Shown here one piece after another: positions 19,573 to 29,639 of a stretch of 64,000 nt of DNA; the first letter of the stretch is position 1; the number at the start of each line of letters is the position of its first letter. A model generated the notes under the pieces. That model made no database searches. It was not told the origin of the DNA and saw nothing but the letters and a program-made list of their open reading frames with translations. A program made the position numbers and the translations under genes. Origin of the DNA: Spirochaetaceae bacterium. GTDB lineage: Bacteria; Spirochaetota; Spirochaetia; DSM-2461. The DNA lies in NCBI GenBank assembly GCA_051531975.1, contig JAOPTT010000002.1, positions 409,968 through 473,967 on the forward strand, read 5' to 3'.

Positions 19573-21639
19573 TTAATATCTTGCCATTTTTTCTAAGGCA
19601 GAAAATTCTGGAATAAATTGTTTAACTTGACCAGTTTCAAACTTTACAAGTACAAGATTATGTTTACCGTTATCTGTTACCTTAATAATGTATCCAGAAC
19701 CATAATCATCGTGGTATACGTTATCTCCCCGGTTAAAACCAGATTCAACAACAGCTTTAGGAGCTTCTTCTCCAACCACGAACTCATTTGGGATCTCTTT
19801 TAAAAATATAGAAGGAGTACTACTCATCATCTTACCGTGAATAACTCGGCGGCTGCAGCTAGTAAAACAAAGATGTTTTCTGGCTCGAGTTATACTAACA
19901 TAAAACAGCCTTCTTTCTTCTTCTAGTTCATCTAGATCCTCTAACTTTTCATTTCTAGGGAATAGACCATTTTCCATTCCTGTAATAAAAACTCTGTCGA
20001 ATTCAAGACCTTTTGTATTATGCATAGTAATTAATGTTACTTTAGGTCTATTGTCATCTTCTTCTGTATCCAATGATGATTGGTCAAGTTCTATAGATTC
20101 TAAAAAGTCTACTAAAGCAGTGTCTCCTGAATATTTACTAGCGGAATTTATTAGTTCCTCTAAGTTGTCAACTTTACCTGATCCAATATTTGCATCTTGA
20201 GTTCTGTGATACTCTAAAAGACCACTATCTTCCACTACTTTCCTAACAAAGTGACCTAGATCCACAGTATAATCTAAGGCTTCTAATTCCTGTATAAAAG
20301 TATAAAAAGAGTCAGCACCTTTTTTGGCTTTTCCTTTTAATATTGCACTATTTGCAAGTGTAATCATGTAGTCGTTATCGTAATTACTAGCAATTCCTAT
20401 TATCTTTTCAACTGAAGCTTTTCCAATACCTCTAGCAGGTTTATTAATTATTCTTCTAAATGCAATCTCATCTCGGTAGTTTAATATAAAAGAGAGAATT
20501 GCTAATGTATCTTTAATTTCTTCACGTTCATAGAATCTTAAAGTACCAACAATTTTATATGCAATATTACTTCTAATAAGTGTAGATTCTAATTGTCTAG
20601 ATTGAGCATTGGTTCTATATAAAATAGCACACTCATCTAAATCCTCTACATCTTGTAAAAGACCAGCAATATAAAGAGCTTCGGCTTCACCGTTTTCTAA
20701 ATATTTTATTGTAGGTTTCTCTCCTGCACCTTTACTAGTCCATAAAGTTTTACCTAATCTATTTATATTATTTTCAACAACAGCAGAGGCTATAGCTAAA
20801 ATATTACCTGTACTTCTATAATTCTCTTCTAGTTTTATTACTTCTGTACCTTTAAATATCTTGTCAAATTCTAATATATTTTTAACTTCGGCACCACGGA
20901 ATTTGTAGATTGATTGGTCGTCATCCCCAACTACACATACCCATGTATCTGGACCAGCTAGATTTTTTAATAGTTGAAACTGAGCACCATTTGAATCCTG
21001 ATACTCGTCAACTAATATAACTTTAAACCTTTTTTGGAATCTATCTCTAACTTCTTGGTTATTTTGTAAAAGCTGATTTGGAAGAGATATTAAATCACCA
21101 AAATCTACATTTCCTATCTCTTTAATTCTTTCCTGATATTTAAAATATATTTCAGAAAACTCTGGATGGCTATTTATATGTACAAGGTTATCATCTGAGG
21201 TCAAATTATCATCTTTACATCTAGAAATATCTCTAGCAAATTGTTTTAATTCACTACGAGTTGCACCGGGAATAAGACTTTTTAACAGAGCATTTACATC
21301 GTCGTCATCGTAAATAGTGAAAGATGACCTTAGGCCTAAAGATTCACCATTTCGACGTAACATCCAAGCACCAAAAGAGTGAAAGGTTTTAATCATGACA
21401 TTTTCGCCACCACCAACCATTGAGAGAACTCGATCCCTCATCTCTCCAGCTGCTTTATTGGTAAATGTTACAGCTAATATTGAATATGGGCTAAAACCCA
21501 ATTTATCTATTAAATAAGCAATTCTAGTAGTAATTACCCTAGTTTTTCCTGAACCAGCTCCAGCTAAAAGCAGTAGTGGTCCACCATTATATGTAACAGC
21601 TTTTAATTGCTGATCGTTTAATCCGTCTAAATAGTCCAT
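19573..21639 (-). CDS. pcrA: ATP-dependent DNA helicase UvrD/PcrA
   Basis: AGAGSGKT, VDEYQD, VGDDDQSIY, TMHNTKGLEF, EEERRLFYV. Confidence 0.95.
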   Translation of the reverse strand: MDYLDGLNDQQLKAVTYNGGPLLLLAGAGSGKTRVITTRIAYLIDKLGFSPYSILAVTFTNKAAGEMRDRVLSMVGGGENVMIKTFHSFGAWMLRRNGESLGLRSSFTIYDDDDVNALLKSLIPGATRSELKQFARDISRCKDDNLTSDDNLVHINSHPEFSEIYFKYQERIKEIGNVDFGDLISLPNQLLQNNQEVRDRFQKRFKVILVDEYQDSNGAQFQLLKNLAGPDTWVCVVGDDDQSIYKFRGAEVKNILEFDKIFKGTEVIKLEENYRSTGNILAIASAVVENNINRLGKTLWTSKGAGEKPTIKYLENGEAEALYIAGLLQDVEDLDECAILYRTNAQSRQLESTLIRSNIAYKIVGTLRFYEREEIKDTLAILSFILNYRDEIAFRRIINKPARGIGKASVEKIIGIASNYDNDYMITLANSAILKGKAKKGADSFYTFIQELEALDYTVDLGHFVRKVVEDSGLLEYHRTQDANIGSGKVDNLEELINSASKYSGDTALVDFLESIELDQSSLDTEEDDNRPKVTLITMHNTKGLEFDRVFITGMENGLFPRNEKLEDLDELEEERRLFYVSITRARKHLCFTSCSRRVIHGKMMSSTPSIFLKEIPNEFVVGEEAPKAVVESGFNRGDNVYHDDYGSGYIIKVTDNGKHNLVLVKFETGQVKQFIPEFSALEKMARY

Positions 21640-22985
21640 TAGTCTACTACTTGAGCTATAAGATCCACTGATGCAACACTTAAAACTTTAACTTTAACTA
21701 CATCACCCTCTTTTAGATCTTCCCCTTTAACAACAACTAATCCATCAACTTCAGGAGCATCGATATAACCACGACCTATAAAAAGGTTCTCCTCTTTAAC
21801 ATCTTCTTCTATTAAGACATCGATCTCTTGACCAACCCAATCTTGAAGTCTTTTAGGTGTGATTTCTGATTGTATATCTTCTAATAATTCTTTACGTTTA
21901 TTTGCAACTTTTTTACTAACTGCATCCATAAAAGAACCACGCATGTCATAACTTTTAGTATCCTCTTCTCTGGAATATATAAAAAAACCAACCCAGTCAA
22001 GTTTTGCTTCAATTAAGAACTCTTTAACTTCTTGGAATTCTTTTTTCCCTTCACCTGGATGTCCAAGCATTATGGTTGATCTAATAATAGATGTAGGAAG
22101 CTCGTGTCTAATACGATTTACAATATCTAGATGTTTCTGATATGAACCGTTTCTTCCCATTAGTTTAAGAACTTTTTCACTAGCGTGCTGAAAAGGTATA
22201 TCAAAATAAGGAAGTATTCTTGGATCTCTTTTACATATTTCCAATAGCTGTACAGGGAATTTATCTGGGTGAATATATAACAGACGTATCCAAAATTTTC
22301 CTTCTAATAGACTTAACTTTTTTAGAAGATCTAGAAGAATTTTATCTCCTAAATCTTCTCCCCATGCTGCAAGGTCTTGAGCAATTAGATTAATTTCAAA
22401 AAAACCATTATCTAATAAACCCACAATTTCAGAATATACATCGTCTAAAGTTCTACTTTTTATAGGACCACGAATAATTGGAATAGCACAGTAGTTACAG
22501 TTGTTATTACAACCTTCTGCAACTTTAACAAACACAGATCCTTTAAAGTTAAAAACTGTATCTCTTTTTAATTGGGTAAAGTCATCATCTCTTTTAAGAG
22601 CAGGAACATCTCCCTTCATAACCGAATCAACTATTTCACCAATTTGTGAAGGAGATTGACTTCCGTAAAACCCATCTGCATCAGGGAATAATTCTTTAAT
22701 CGTTTCAAAATATCTCTGGGCGAAACATCCTGCAATTATTATTTTTTTATTAGGATAAGTTTCTCTAAAATCTAAAAAAGTTTTTATTGATTGCTCTTTT
22801 GCAGACTTTATAAACCCACAGGTATTAACAATAATAAAATCAGCCTCAGTCGCATCTTTTGTAAAACTATGGTCGTATGACTCTACAGAAGCCAACATAG
22901 ATTCTGAATCAACCTGATTTTTTGAACACCCTAAGGTCTCTATGTAAAATTTAATATGCTGTTGCGTACTCAAGTCTGTATTCAT
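21639..22985 (-). CDS. rimO: Ribosomal protein S12 methylthiotransferase
   Basis: LGCSKNQVDSE, NTCGFI, CNNNCNYC radical SAM motif, DAPEVDG, TRAM domain. Confidence 0.93.
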   Translation of the reverse strand: MNTDLSTQQHIKFYIETLGCSKNQVDSESMLASVESYDHSFTKDATEADFIIVNTCGFIKSAKEQSIKTFLDFRETYPNKKIIIAGCFAQRYFETIKELFPDADGFYGSQSPSQIGEIVDSVMKGDVPALKRDDDFTQLKRDTVFNFKGSVFVKVAEGCNNNCNYCAIPIIRGPIKSRTLDDVYSEIVGLLDNGFFEINLIAQDLAAWGEDLGDKILLDLLKKLSLLEGKFWIRLLYIHPDKFPVQLLEICKRDPRILPYFDIPFQHASEKVLKLMGRNGSYQKHLDIVNRIRHELPTSIIRSTIMLGHPGEGKKEFQEVKEFLIEAKLDWVGFFIYSREEDTKSYDMRGSFMDAVSKKVANKRKELLEDIQSEITPKRLQDWVGQEIDVLIEEDVKEENLFIGRGYIDAPEVDGLVVVKGEDLKEGDVVKVKVLSVASVDLIAQVVD

Positions 22986-24045
22986 CCTTATCTGAATTAT
23001 ATAACCATCTTAAAGTAAAAACATGAACTTCTCCAGTTCTACCTAAAACCAAACCTTCACCGTTCCATTTAAACTTAGTTAAACCAGCATTACTAGTCCA
23101 GATCTTAACACTTCTAGTAACATCTAAATTTAATGAACTATTCTTCTGATAAAAGTTCTCTATTAATTCTTGGCCTTTCATTTGATATTTAAATAGTATA
23201 TCACCTTCAAACTTTATTGAAATGGTATAAGGGTCTGTTGATCTCTTTTTTACCATTAATATTTTGCTATCTTTAGTTACAGATTGATCTGTATATGTAG
23301 GTGTATCACCTTCTGTAAAAATAACATCATCTTTTATATCACTTTTAATTTTGATAATTGCTGAATTATCAGAAAAGCCACCAATATCTTTTAAAAAGAG
23401 CGTAATATCATATTTTTTACTGTTTTGTGAAAACTGTGTTATAACCTCGTTTCCTAACTTAAGAGTTATATCATTCTGGTTTCCTTTAAAGTTTTCAGTC
23501 ACAATCATATCTGAAGATATTTCTCTAATGAGATAGGTAAGCTTGTCTTCACCAATAAGCATAGTAAAAGAGTCTCCTTCTTTTACTTTCTTACCAATAT
23601 ATTCCTGATCTATTGTAAATATTTTAGTTTTATCTTCACCGGCTATTCTAAGTGCTTCTTTACGTTTTTCAATTTGATTTCCAACAGTTTTTACTAGAGG
23701 AGGAATACCAAATCCTAAAACAAGTAGAAGGATAGGAACTATAATCATCCACGCTCTTAGTTCAAAAGTCTTTTGCACACCCATTAATTCAGATAATGGG
23801 GTTGGTTCTTCTCTTAGTAGACAGTTCTGATATTCCCCATAGACAACATCGTACTCTAATCCCAGAAATTCAGAATAATTTCTTAAAAAACCTAAAAGAT
23901 AGGCCTGAGCAGGAAATACATCAAATTCTTCTTCTTCTAAAGCTTCAATATACTTTCTCGAGATATTAGTTTCATAAGCTACCTGGCTTATTGTAAAACC
24001 TTTCTCTTCTCTCTGCTTTATTAAGACATCGCTTAACGAACGCAT
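22951..24045 (-). CDS. rodZ: RodZ-like HTH_25 membrane protein
   Basis: N-terminal HTH (YIEALE..F..FP..YLLGFLRNY), single TM, C-terminal SNAG beta domain. Confidence 0.75.
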   Translation of the reverse strand: MRSLSDVLIKQREEKGFTISQVAYETNISRKYIEALEEEEFDVFPAQAYLLGFLRNYSEFLGLEYDVVYGEYQNCLLREEPTPLSELMGVQKTFELRAWMIIVPILLLVLGFGIPPLVKTVGNQIEKRKEALRIAGEDKTKIFTIDQEYIGKKVKEGDSFTMLIGEDKLTYLIREISSDMIVTENFKGNQNDITLKLGNEVITQFSQNSKKYDITLFLKDIGGFSDNSAIIKIKSDIKDDVIFTEGDTPTYTDQSVTKDSKILMVKKRSTDPYTISIKFEGDILFKYQMKGQELIENFYQKNSSLNLDVTRSVKIWTSNAGLTKFKWNGEGLVLGRTGEVHVFTLRWLYNSDKDEYRLEYATAY

Positions 24046-24047
24046 AA

Positions 24048-24734
24048 TTATTCCTCTTCCTTTGTAAATAAGAAATCTGGTAAAGTTGTTGCTGTTGGAG
24101 GTGCTTCATAATCAAAATGAGTAGGACTAATATTTGCATCTACATCAATATCTACAATATCAAAAATAATTATCTCTTCTGTTTGCGTAGTAGATTCTAA
24201 TCGTCTAATATAACCTTCGGTTGTTATAGACATAATTATATTTGAAAAAGGTTCTGAATATTTACGGGGAATTAATCTTAATTTATATACATCCTCTGGA
24301 TTCTCTTCGTCTAAGACTTCTAAATCTGGAGAGTTTACATAACTAATACTGTAGTTTGTATTAAATAGAGCTAGACCCTGAGCAGTTAACCCGGTAGTTT
24401 CTAATGCTAAAGCTTCTTCCTCAGAGTTTATAGTTTGCTCAAATAGTGTGGCATGACGTGGAATATAAATTGATAACTTACGAGAGTTCACGTTAATGAC
24501 TTGTTTTTCTGGTTTTGTATAATCAAGTCTAAGTAAGTTTGGACTCATGTATGACATAACACCTTCTTCTATTATATTCCCACGAACTCCACTAGTTATT
24601 TTAAAATTAGCAGTATAGGATTCTATCTCTGCATAAGTATTAGAAATGCTCTTAAAATAATCACTAGCGGTCTGCTGACTAAATATAAATATTGGTGTTA
24701 ATAGTAGTAATAATAGTAAAGATTTTTTCTTCAA
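24048..24734 (-). CDS. lolA: Outer-membrane lipoprotein carrier LolA family
   Basis: Signal peptide; SPNLLRLDYTKPEKQ; F.YEAPP C-terminus. Confidence 0.78.
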   Translation of the reverse strand: MKKKSLLLLLLLTPIFIFSQQTASDYFKSISNTYAEIESYTANFKITSGVRGNIIEEGVMSYMSPNLLRLDYTKPEKQVINVNSRKLSIYIPRHATLFEQTINSEEEALALETTGLTAQGLALFNTNYSISYVNSPDLEVLDEENPEDVYKLRLIPRKYSEPFSNIIMSITTEGYIRRLESTTQTEEIIIFDIVDIDVDANISPTHFDYEAPPTATTLPDFLFTKEEE

Positions 24735-24828
24735 TGTTATGTTGCTCCATTATGTATTTATAACTGTAATATTAAACTTTATATACTACCCGATGTCAAG
24801 CAAACTAGCTCTGCTACCCCCTATTGCT

Positions 24829-24857
24829 TTGACTTACTGGGGGAAATAACATAAAAT
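24829..24857 (+). promoter_or_regulatory. Sigma70 promoter of pyrH
   Basis: TTGACT-N17-TAAAAT. Confidence 0.7.
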
Positions 24858-24887
24858 ACATAAGTTTATTTTTTTTAGGGAGTAAAA

Positions 24888-25577
24888 ATGGATAATATTC
24901 AAATTTTAGACCTTGGTGGCTCAATAGTAGCTCCAGACCACATTGATACAAATTTCATTAAAGAGTTTAAAGACTTTTTAGTAAATTGGTTAGAAGCTGA
25001 TCAGTCAAGAAAAGCTATACTTATTATTGGTGGTGGAGGCGCTGCAAGAAAATACCAAAGTGCCTACAGAGAGATAGATAAAAGTCCAATACATGAAGAA
25101 GAAGATTGGATTGGAATCGCTGCAACTAGACTTAATGGTCAGTTATTAAAAGGTGTATTTAGAGATTATTGTAAAGATGAATTAATAATAGACCCAGAGA
25201 ACCAAGGAGAATTTAAAGGCAGAGTTATGGTAGCTGCTGGATGGAAGCCTGGTTTTTCTACAGACTATGACTCAGTTATACTGGCAAAAAGATTTGGTGC
25301 AAAAACAGTATTAAGTCTGTCTAATATTGCAAAAATATATACTGATGATCCTAAAACTAACCCAGATGCAGAACCTGTAGATAGTATGTCTTGGGATGAA
25401 TATAAAAAACTATGTGGGGATGAATGGACTCCAGGTAAAAATATCCCTTTTGATCCTGTTGCAACAAAACTTGCTGCAGAATTAGGATTAACAGTAAAAG
25501 CTGCTGCTGGGAAAGACCTATTAAACTTGCAAAAGATATTTAATGGTGAAGACTTTTTTGGTACAACTATCTCTTAA
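24888..25577 (+). CDS. pyrH: UMP kinase, archaeal-type
   Basis: LGGS, GGGGAARKYQ, DWIGIAATRLN, PGFSTD, PFDPVA. Confidence 0.9.
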   Translation: MDNIQILDLGGSIVAPDHIDTNFIKEFKDFLVNWLEADQSRKAILIIGGGGAARKYQSAYREIDKSPIHEEEDWIGIAATRLNGQLLKGVFRDYCKDELIIDPENQGEFKGRVMVAAGWKPGFSTDYDSVILAKRFGAKTVLSLSNIAKIYTDDPKTNPDAEPVDSMSWDEYKKLCGDEWTPGKNIPFDPVATKLAAELGLTVKAAAGKDLLNLQKIFNGEDFFGTTIS

Positions 25578-25579
25578 TT

Positions 25580-26497
25580 CTATAAACTATTAAAAAAGTT
25601 ATCTATACCACTCCATATTGGACCTACTGTAGTTTTGTAGATAAACATGGAGTGGTTACTATGTTTCCACTTATTAAGATTAAATACTCTTGTCTGAATG
25701 TTGTTACTTGATATTCTTCTACTTATATACTCCATATTTTTAAATGGAACAGTTTTATCCTCTTTTGCATGGGAGAGATAACAAGGGACTGTTATTTTCT
25801 TCAGATCCCTCTTTACACCCTTAAAACCAACTATTAAACTAAAAATCTGTTTTGGGAAATGTCCATAATAACCGACCCATTCTGTTTCTCCATCCTCATC
25901 TAAAGACTTGTCTTTTATCGGTTTTTTTGGTGGAATATAATCTTTAAAGAATTTAATAGTTCTAATAAAAAATAATTTTGGATTTCTAATATATACAGGA
26001 GCAGCAACTGTAGCAATTGCTGTAGGTTTTAATACTTCGTCTGCTGAGAAGAGTTCTGCCAATTTTAATGTCATAGCACCACCCATTGAGTTGCCTATTA
26101 TATAAAACTGATCATAACTCTTTCGTTTATCTATATAGTAGTTTTTTAGATAATTAAACCACATAGAAAAATTAGTTAAAATAAAATCATCATGGCAGGA
26201 ACAAAATCCAGGGATTTTAGGACAAAAGACATCGTAACCAGCTTCTAGTGCTAATTCTCGAACCATATAGAACATTTTAGGAGAACCAGGGAAACCATGT
26301 ATAAAAAGAATTGCTCTGTTATTACCATCAGATCGTTCAAATGGTTCCCCACCTTTTAGTGGTTTTGAAAAATTAATATGGCTATAATTTGAATCTTCTT
26401 TGAAAAATAGAGAACTGTTATTATATATAATAAATGCCAATATAAGTAAAATCAATATATACATACAAGCTCTATACTCCATCATTTTAACCAGCAT
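25580..26497 (-). CDS. Alpha/beta hydrolase (carboxylesterase/monoacylglycerol lipase-like); start uncertain
   Basis: HGFPG, GNSMGG nucleophile elbow, EDKTV, SNH. Confidence 0.85.
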   Translation of the reverse strand: MLVKMMEYRACMYILILLILAFIIYNNSSLFFKEDSNYSHINFSKPLKGGEPFERSDGNNRAILFIHGFPGSPKMFYMVRELALEAGYDVFCPKIPGFCSCHDDFILTNFSMWFNYLKNYYIDKRKSYDQFYIIGNSMGGAMTLKLAELFSADEVLKPTAIATVAAPVYIRNPKLFFIRTIKFFKDYIPPKKPIKDKSLDEDGETEWVGYYGHFPKQIFSLIVGFKGVKRDLKKITVPCYLSHAKEDKTVPFKNMEYISRRISSNNIQTRVFNLNKWKHSNHSMFIYKTTVGPIWSGIDNFFNSL

Positions 26498-26540
26498 TGA
26501 TTGACAAAACAGTCCCTAAAGGATAATCTTTATCTCACTT

Positions 26541-26622
26541 GCCAGTGTGGTGAAATTGGTAGACACAGTAGATTCAAAATCTACCGCCCTCGGGTGTACC
26601 GGTTCAAGTCCGGTCACTGGTA
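26541..26622 (+). tRNA. tRNA-Leu(CAA), CCA not encoded
   Basis: GCCAGTG/CACTGGT acceptor stem, GTAGA-TTCAAAA-TCTAC anticodon arm, long variable arm, GGTTCAAGTCC T-loop; upstream TTGACA-N17-TAATCT. Confidence 0.95.
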
Positions 26623-26638
26623 TTTTTTTTCTTTAATT

Positions 26639-27451
26639 TTAATCGTATGTTATTACAAAACAGCAAAATGGTGCGTTATATATCTCACCTTTCTTAAAAA
26701 CTACTTGGTTTTCAAAGTAAAAATCATTAATTACTCTAACTCCAACAAAGGCAGATCCTGGGATCTCTGGATCTGAAACATCTGAATATTCAGCAATTAT
26801 CTGATCTCCATGATACAGGCTTTTACCTCTGAATTTTAGATTTTGATCATAGTAGTAATTTTCTATAACAGACTCTATTCTTGTGCTACAGCAGATCTCC
26901 TCAACTTTAGTAGAAACAGATCTTTTTAAGGAGATATAACCATCTATTACACCTCGAACAAAGTGACACTCATGACCCATAGCAAATGCTTTAAAAAATG
27001 GATATGGTCGCATTAGTACCTTTAGTGATGTATTTTTAGATCCATGCACCTCATTAGTATATTCGTGATGATATTTAGCAGACTCTTTTGCTATATTATT
27101 ACAAACATATCTTACTGATAAAGATCTAATAAACATTGATTCAACAATACTACTTCTAGCTGGAAGTTTTGCTCCATCAATATATTGTCCAAAATGTGGT
27201 TCTCTTTTTGGTAGGTATTTTAAGAAGTTTTTGTCAAATAGTTGAACTTGATATGGGTTTAGCCAACTCTCCTTAGCTTCAAATTCAGCTAAAGTATATG
27301 GTAAGCCTTCTAATATTTTTTCTGGGTCTAACCCTAGTTCTCTGTATCTATCTATTTTTGAGAGCTGAGCAATGCTACATCTAGCTGGAATTAGCTCGAT
27401 CTCATCTCGCTCAAGATCTTCGTAGAATACACTTTCAGTCCAATGTCTCAT
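26639..27451 (-). CDS. Hypothetical protein with a V4R-like Cys/Glu motif
   Basis: CHFVRG ... VEEICC ... APFCCFVI. Confidence 0.6.
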   Translation of the reverse strand: MRHWTESVFYEDLERDEIELIPARCSIAQLSKIDRYRELGLDPEKILEGLPYTLAEFEAKESWLNPYQVQLFDKNFLKYLPKREPHFGQYIDGAKLPARSSIVESMFIRSLSVRYVCNNIAKESAKYHHEYTNEVHGSKNTSLKVLMRPYPFFKAFAMGHECHFVRGVIDGYISLKRSVSTKVEEICCSTRIESVIENYYYDQNLKFRGKSLYHGDQIIAEYSDVSDPEIPGSAFVGVRVINDFYFENQVVFKKGEIYNAPFCCFVITYD

Positions 27452-27506
27452 ACCTTTATAATATATCTATTTGACTTACTAAATAAACCCTCTTATGCTT
27501 TTATTT

Positions 27507-28589
27507 ATGCTAAAACATATAATATTAACAATTAACCCTGGTTCAACCTCAACAAAAATTGCACTTTTTAATAATGATGAACCTATATTTACTGAAACTA
27601 TTAGACATTCTGTAACAGATATATCTAAGTTCGAAAAAGTGACTGACCAGTATGATTTTAGAAAATCTATAATACTGAAAAGATTACAAGAGAATGGAAT
27701 TGAATTAAAATCAATTGATTGCATAGTTGGTCGTGGTGGTTTAGTTAAACCTATAGCTTCTGGTGTGTATAGAATTAGTGATCAGATGCGGTACGATTTA
27801 AAAGCTAACTTATTAGGAGAACATGCTAGTAATCTAGGTGGTCTTTTAGCCCATGATATTGCTGTGGAACTTCCAAATACCCAGGCATTTATAGCTGATC
27901 CAGTAGTTGTAGATGAACTTGAGGATATTGCAAGATATTCAGGACACCCCTTAATTAAAAGGCGGTCAATTTTCCATGCCCTTAACCAAAAAGCAATTGC
28001 CCGTTCATATGCATCGGATATAAATAAAAAATATGAAGAGTTAAACTTAATAGTTGTTCATTTAGGTGGTGGTATTAGTGTTGGGGCTCATAAAAAAGGT
28101 AGAGTAATTGATGTAAACGATGCTCTTAATGGCGAGGGTCCTTTTTCACCTGAAAGAAGTGGAGGTTTAAATGCATTAAGCCTTGCTGAACTATGTTTTA
28201 GTGGAGAACATAGTTTTAAAGATATCAAAAAAATGATTATTGGTGGTGGTGGTTTAGTTGCATATCTAAAATGTAATGATGTGAAAGAGATTGAAGATAA
28301 AATTAGTGGTGGAGATGATAAAGCTCTTGAAGTATTAAATGCTATGACATATCAGGTCTCAAAATATATAGGATCTATGGCCGTAGTTTTAAAAGGCGAT
28401 ATAGATGCCATAATTTTAACTGGAGGAATAGCCCACTCAAAAAGTGTTACAGATCATATTTGTGAATCAGTAGATTTTTTAGCACCAGTAAAAATATATC
28501 CTGGGGAAGATGAGATGAAGTCCTTGGCACAAAATGGTCTAAGGGTTTTAACTGGGGAGATAATCGCTTCGGAATATGAAGGATTATAG
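27507..28589 (+). CDS. buk: Butyrate kinase
   Basis: INPGSTSTKIA, VGRGG, HASNLG, FHALNQKA, HLGGGIS, PGEDEM; ATG 27507 lies 7 nt after TTGACT-N17-TATGCT. Confidence 0.95.
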   Translation: MLKHIILTINPGSTSTKIALFNNDEPIFTETIRHSVTDISKFEKVTDQYDFRKSIILKRLQENGIELKSIDCIVGRGGLVKPIASGVYRISDQMRYDLKANLLGEHASNLGGLLAHDIAVELPNTQAFIADPVVVDELEDIARYSGHPLIKRRSIFHALNQKAIARSYASDINKKYEELNLIVVHLGGGISVGAHKKGRVIDVNDALNGEGPFSPERSGGLNALSLAELCFSGEHSFKDIKKMIIGGGGLVAYLKCNDVKEIEDKISGGDDKALEVLNAMTYQVSKYIGSMAVVLKGDIDAIILTGGIAHSKSVTDHICESVDFLAPVKIYPGEDEMKSLAQNGLRVLTGEIIASEYEGL

Positions 28590-29639
28590 GTGTTTTACAA
28601 GTAAGGTATAAAACTCTTTTAATTCCTTTATTACGATTCTCTCTTCTGGTTTATGTGCAACTTTTATAGAACCTGCACCAAAGTTTACTGCAGGTACTCC
28701 ACCAACGTTAAGCTGGGCAATATCTGTCCAAGCTTGCATTATCTCCCTTTCGACACCGTCTAATAGAAATAGGTCTCCAGAGGAACCGATAAAACATGAG
28801 TCAGCTTGGTCAACAACTGTTATATTATCTTGCCCTAGATGCTCAAGAAGGTATGCTAAAGCGACTCTGGAACTTTTATCTGGGCTAAACCTATAGTTAA
28901 CTAACATCTCAACCTTTGCCGGTATTACATTAAATGTTTTAGTATCTGTATGAAGGGCTGTAACATTTACAGTCTCGTAATATTCGTAGCCATCGATGTC
29001 AGTAATCCCATCAATTTCATTATTCATTTCGTCAATTTGACTATATATTTCCATTGACTCTAGTAGTGCATTTTTCCCTCTTTTAGAGTTTGCACTGTGA
29101 GCAGATATTCCATAAACTTCTTTTTTTACAGCCAATGAACCTAAACAACCTACGGAATATTTACCCTCTGTAGGTTCTAATACATAGGCAAAATCTAAAT
29201 TATCTAGGTGTTTTGCATCTAATAAATAGTTAATTCCATTTGGGCATGGACCTTCCTCTTTTTCGTAAAAAACTAAAGTTAGGTTATGATTTGGTTCGAT
29301 TAGACCTAGATCTATATCGTTTAGAACTTTTAACATACAAGCTATACCACTTTTCATGTCACAAGCACCTCTACCCCATAGAGCCCCGTCTTTAATAGTA
29401 GGAATTGTAGAACTTTTAGCTACTGGAACAGTATCGATATGCCCCACTAACCCAATTCGTTTCTGCTTACCAAAATCCATATGCAGAACCAAGGAGTTAC
29501 TTACTCTAATAAGTTCTCCATTATAATTTGATAATACAGAATATATCATATCGCATAACAGCTTTTCGTTATTTGTTTCACTTTCAACACTAATTAAACT
29601 TGAAAGAACTTCTACAATATCTAGTTTTATATCTATCAT
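28584..29639 (-). CDS. dapE: Succinyl-diaminopimelate desuccinylase (M20, actinobacterial-like)
   Basis: GHIDTVP, GRGACDMKSG, YEKEEG, SAHSA, WTDIA, AHKPEE; dap operon context. Confidence 0.82.
   Translation of the reverse strand: MIDIKLDIVEVLSSLISVESETNNEKLLCDMIYSVLSNYNGELIRVSNSLVLHMDFGKQKRIGLVGHIDTVPVAKSSTIPTIKDGALWGRGACDMKSGIACMLKVLNDIDLGLIEPNHNLTLVFYEKEEGPCPNGINYLLDAKHLDNLDFAYVLEPTEGKYSVGCLGSLAVKKEVYGISAHSANSKRGKNALLESMEIYSQIDEMNNEIDGITDIDGYEYYETVNVTALHTDTKTFNVIPAKVEMLVNYRFSPDKSSRVALAYLLEHLGQDNITVVDQADSCFIGSSGDLFLLDGVEREIMQAWTDIAQLNVGGVPAVNFGAGSIKVAHKPEERIVIKELKEFYTLLVKHL

Noticed and set aside
26501..26776. 91-aa + strand ORF
   Set aside because: It runs through the tRNA-Leu gene, and its 'start' is the TTGACA -35 box.
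26623..28589. Integrative element at the tRNA-Leu 3' end
   Set aside because: No integrase and no duplicated tRNA 3' end (att site) seen in the window.
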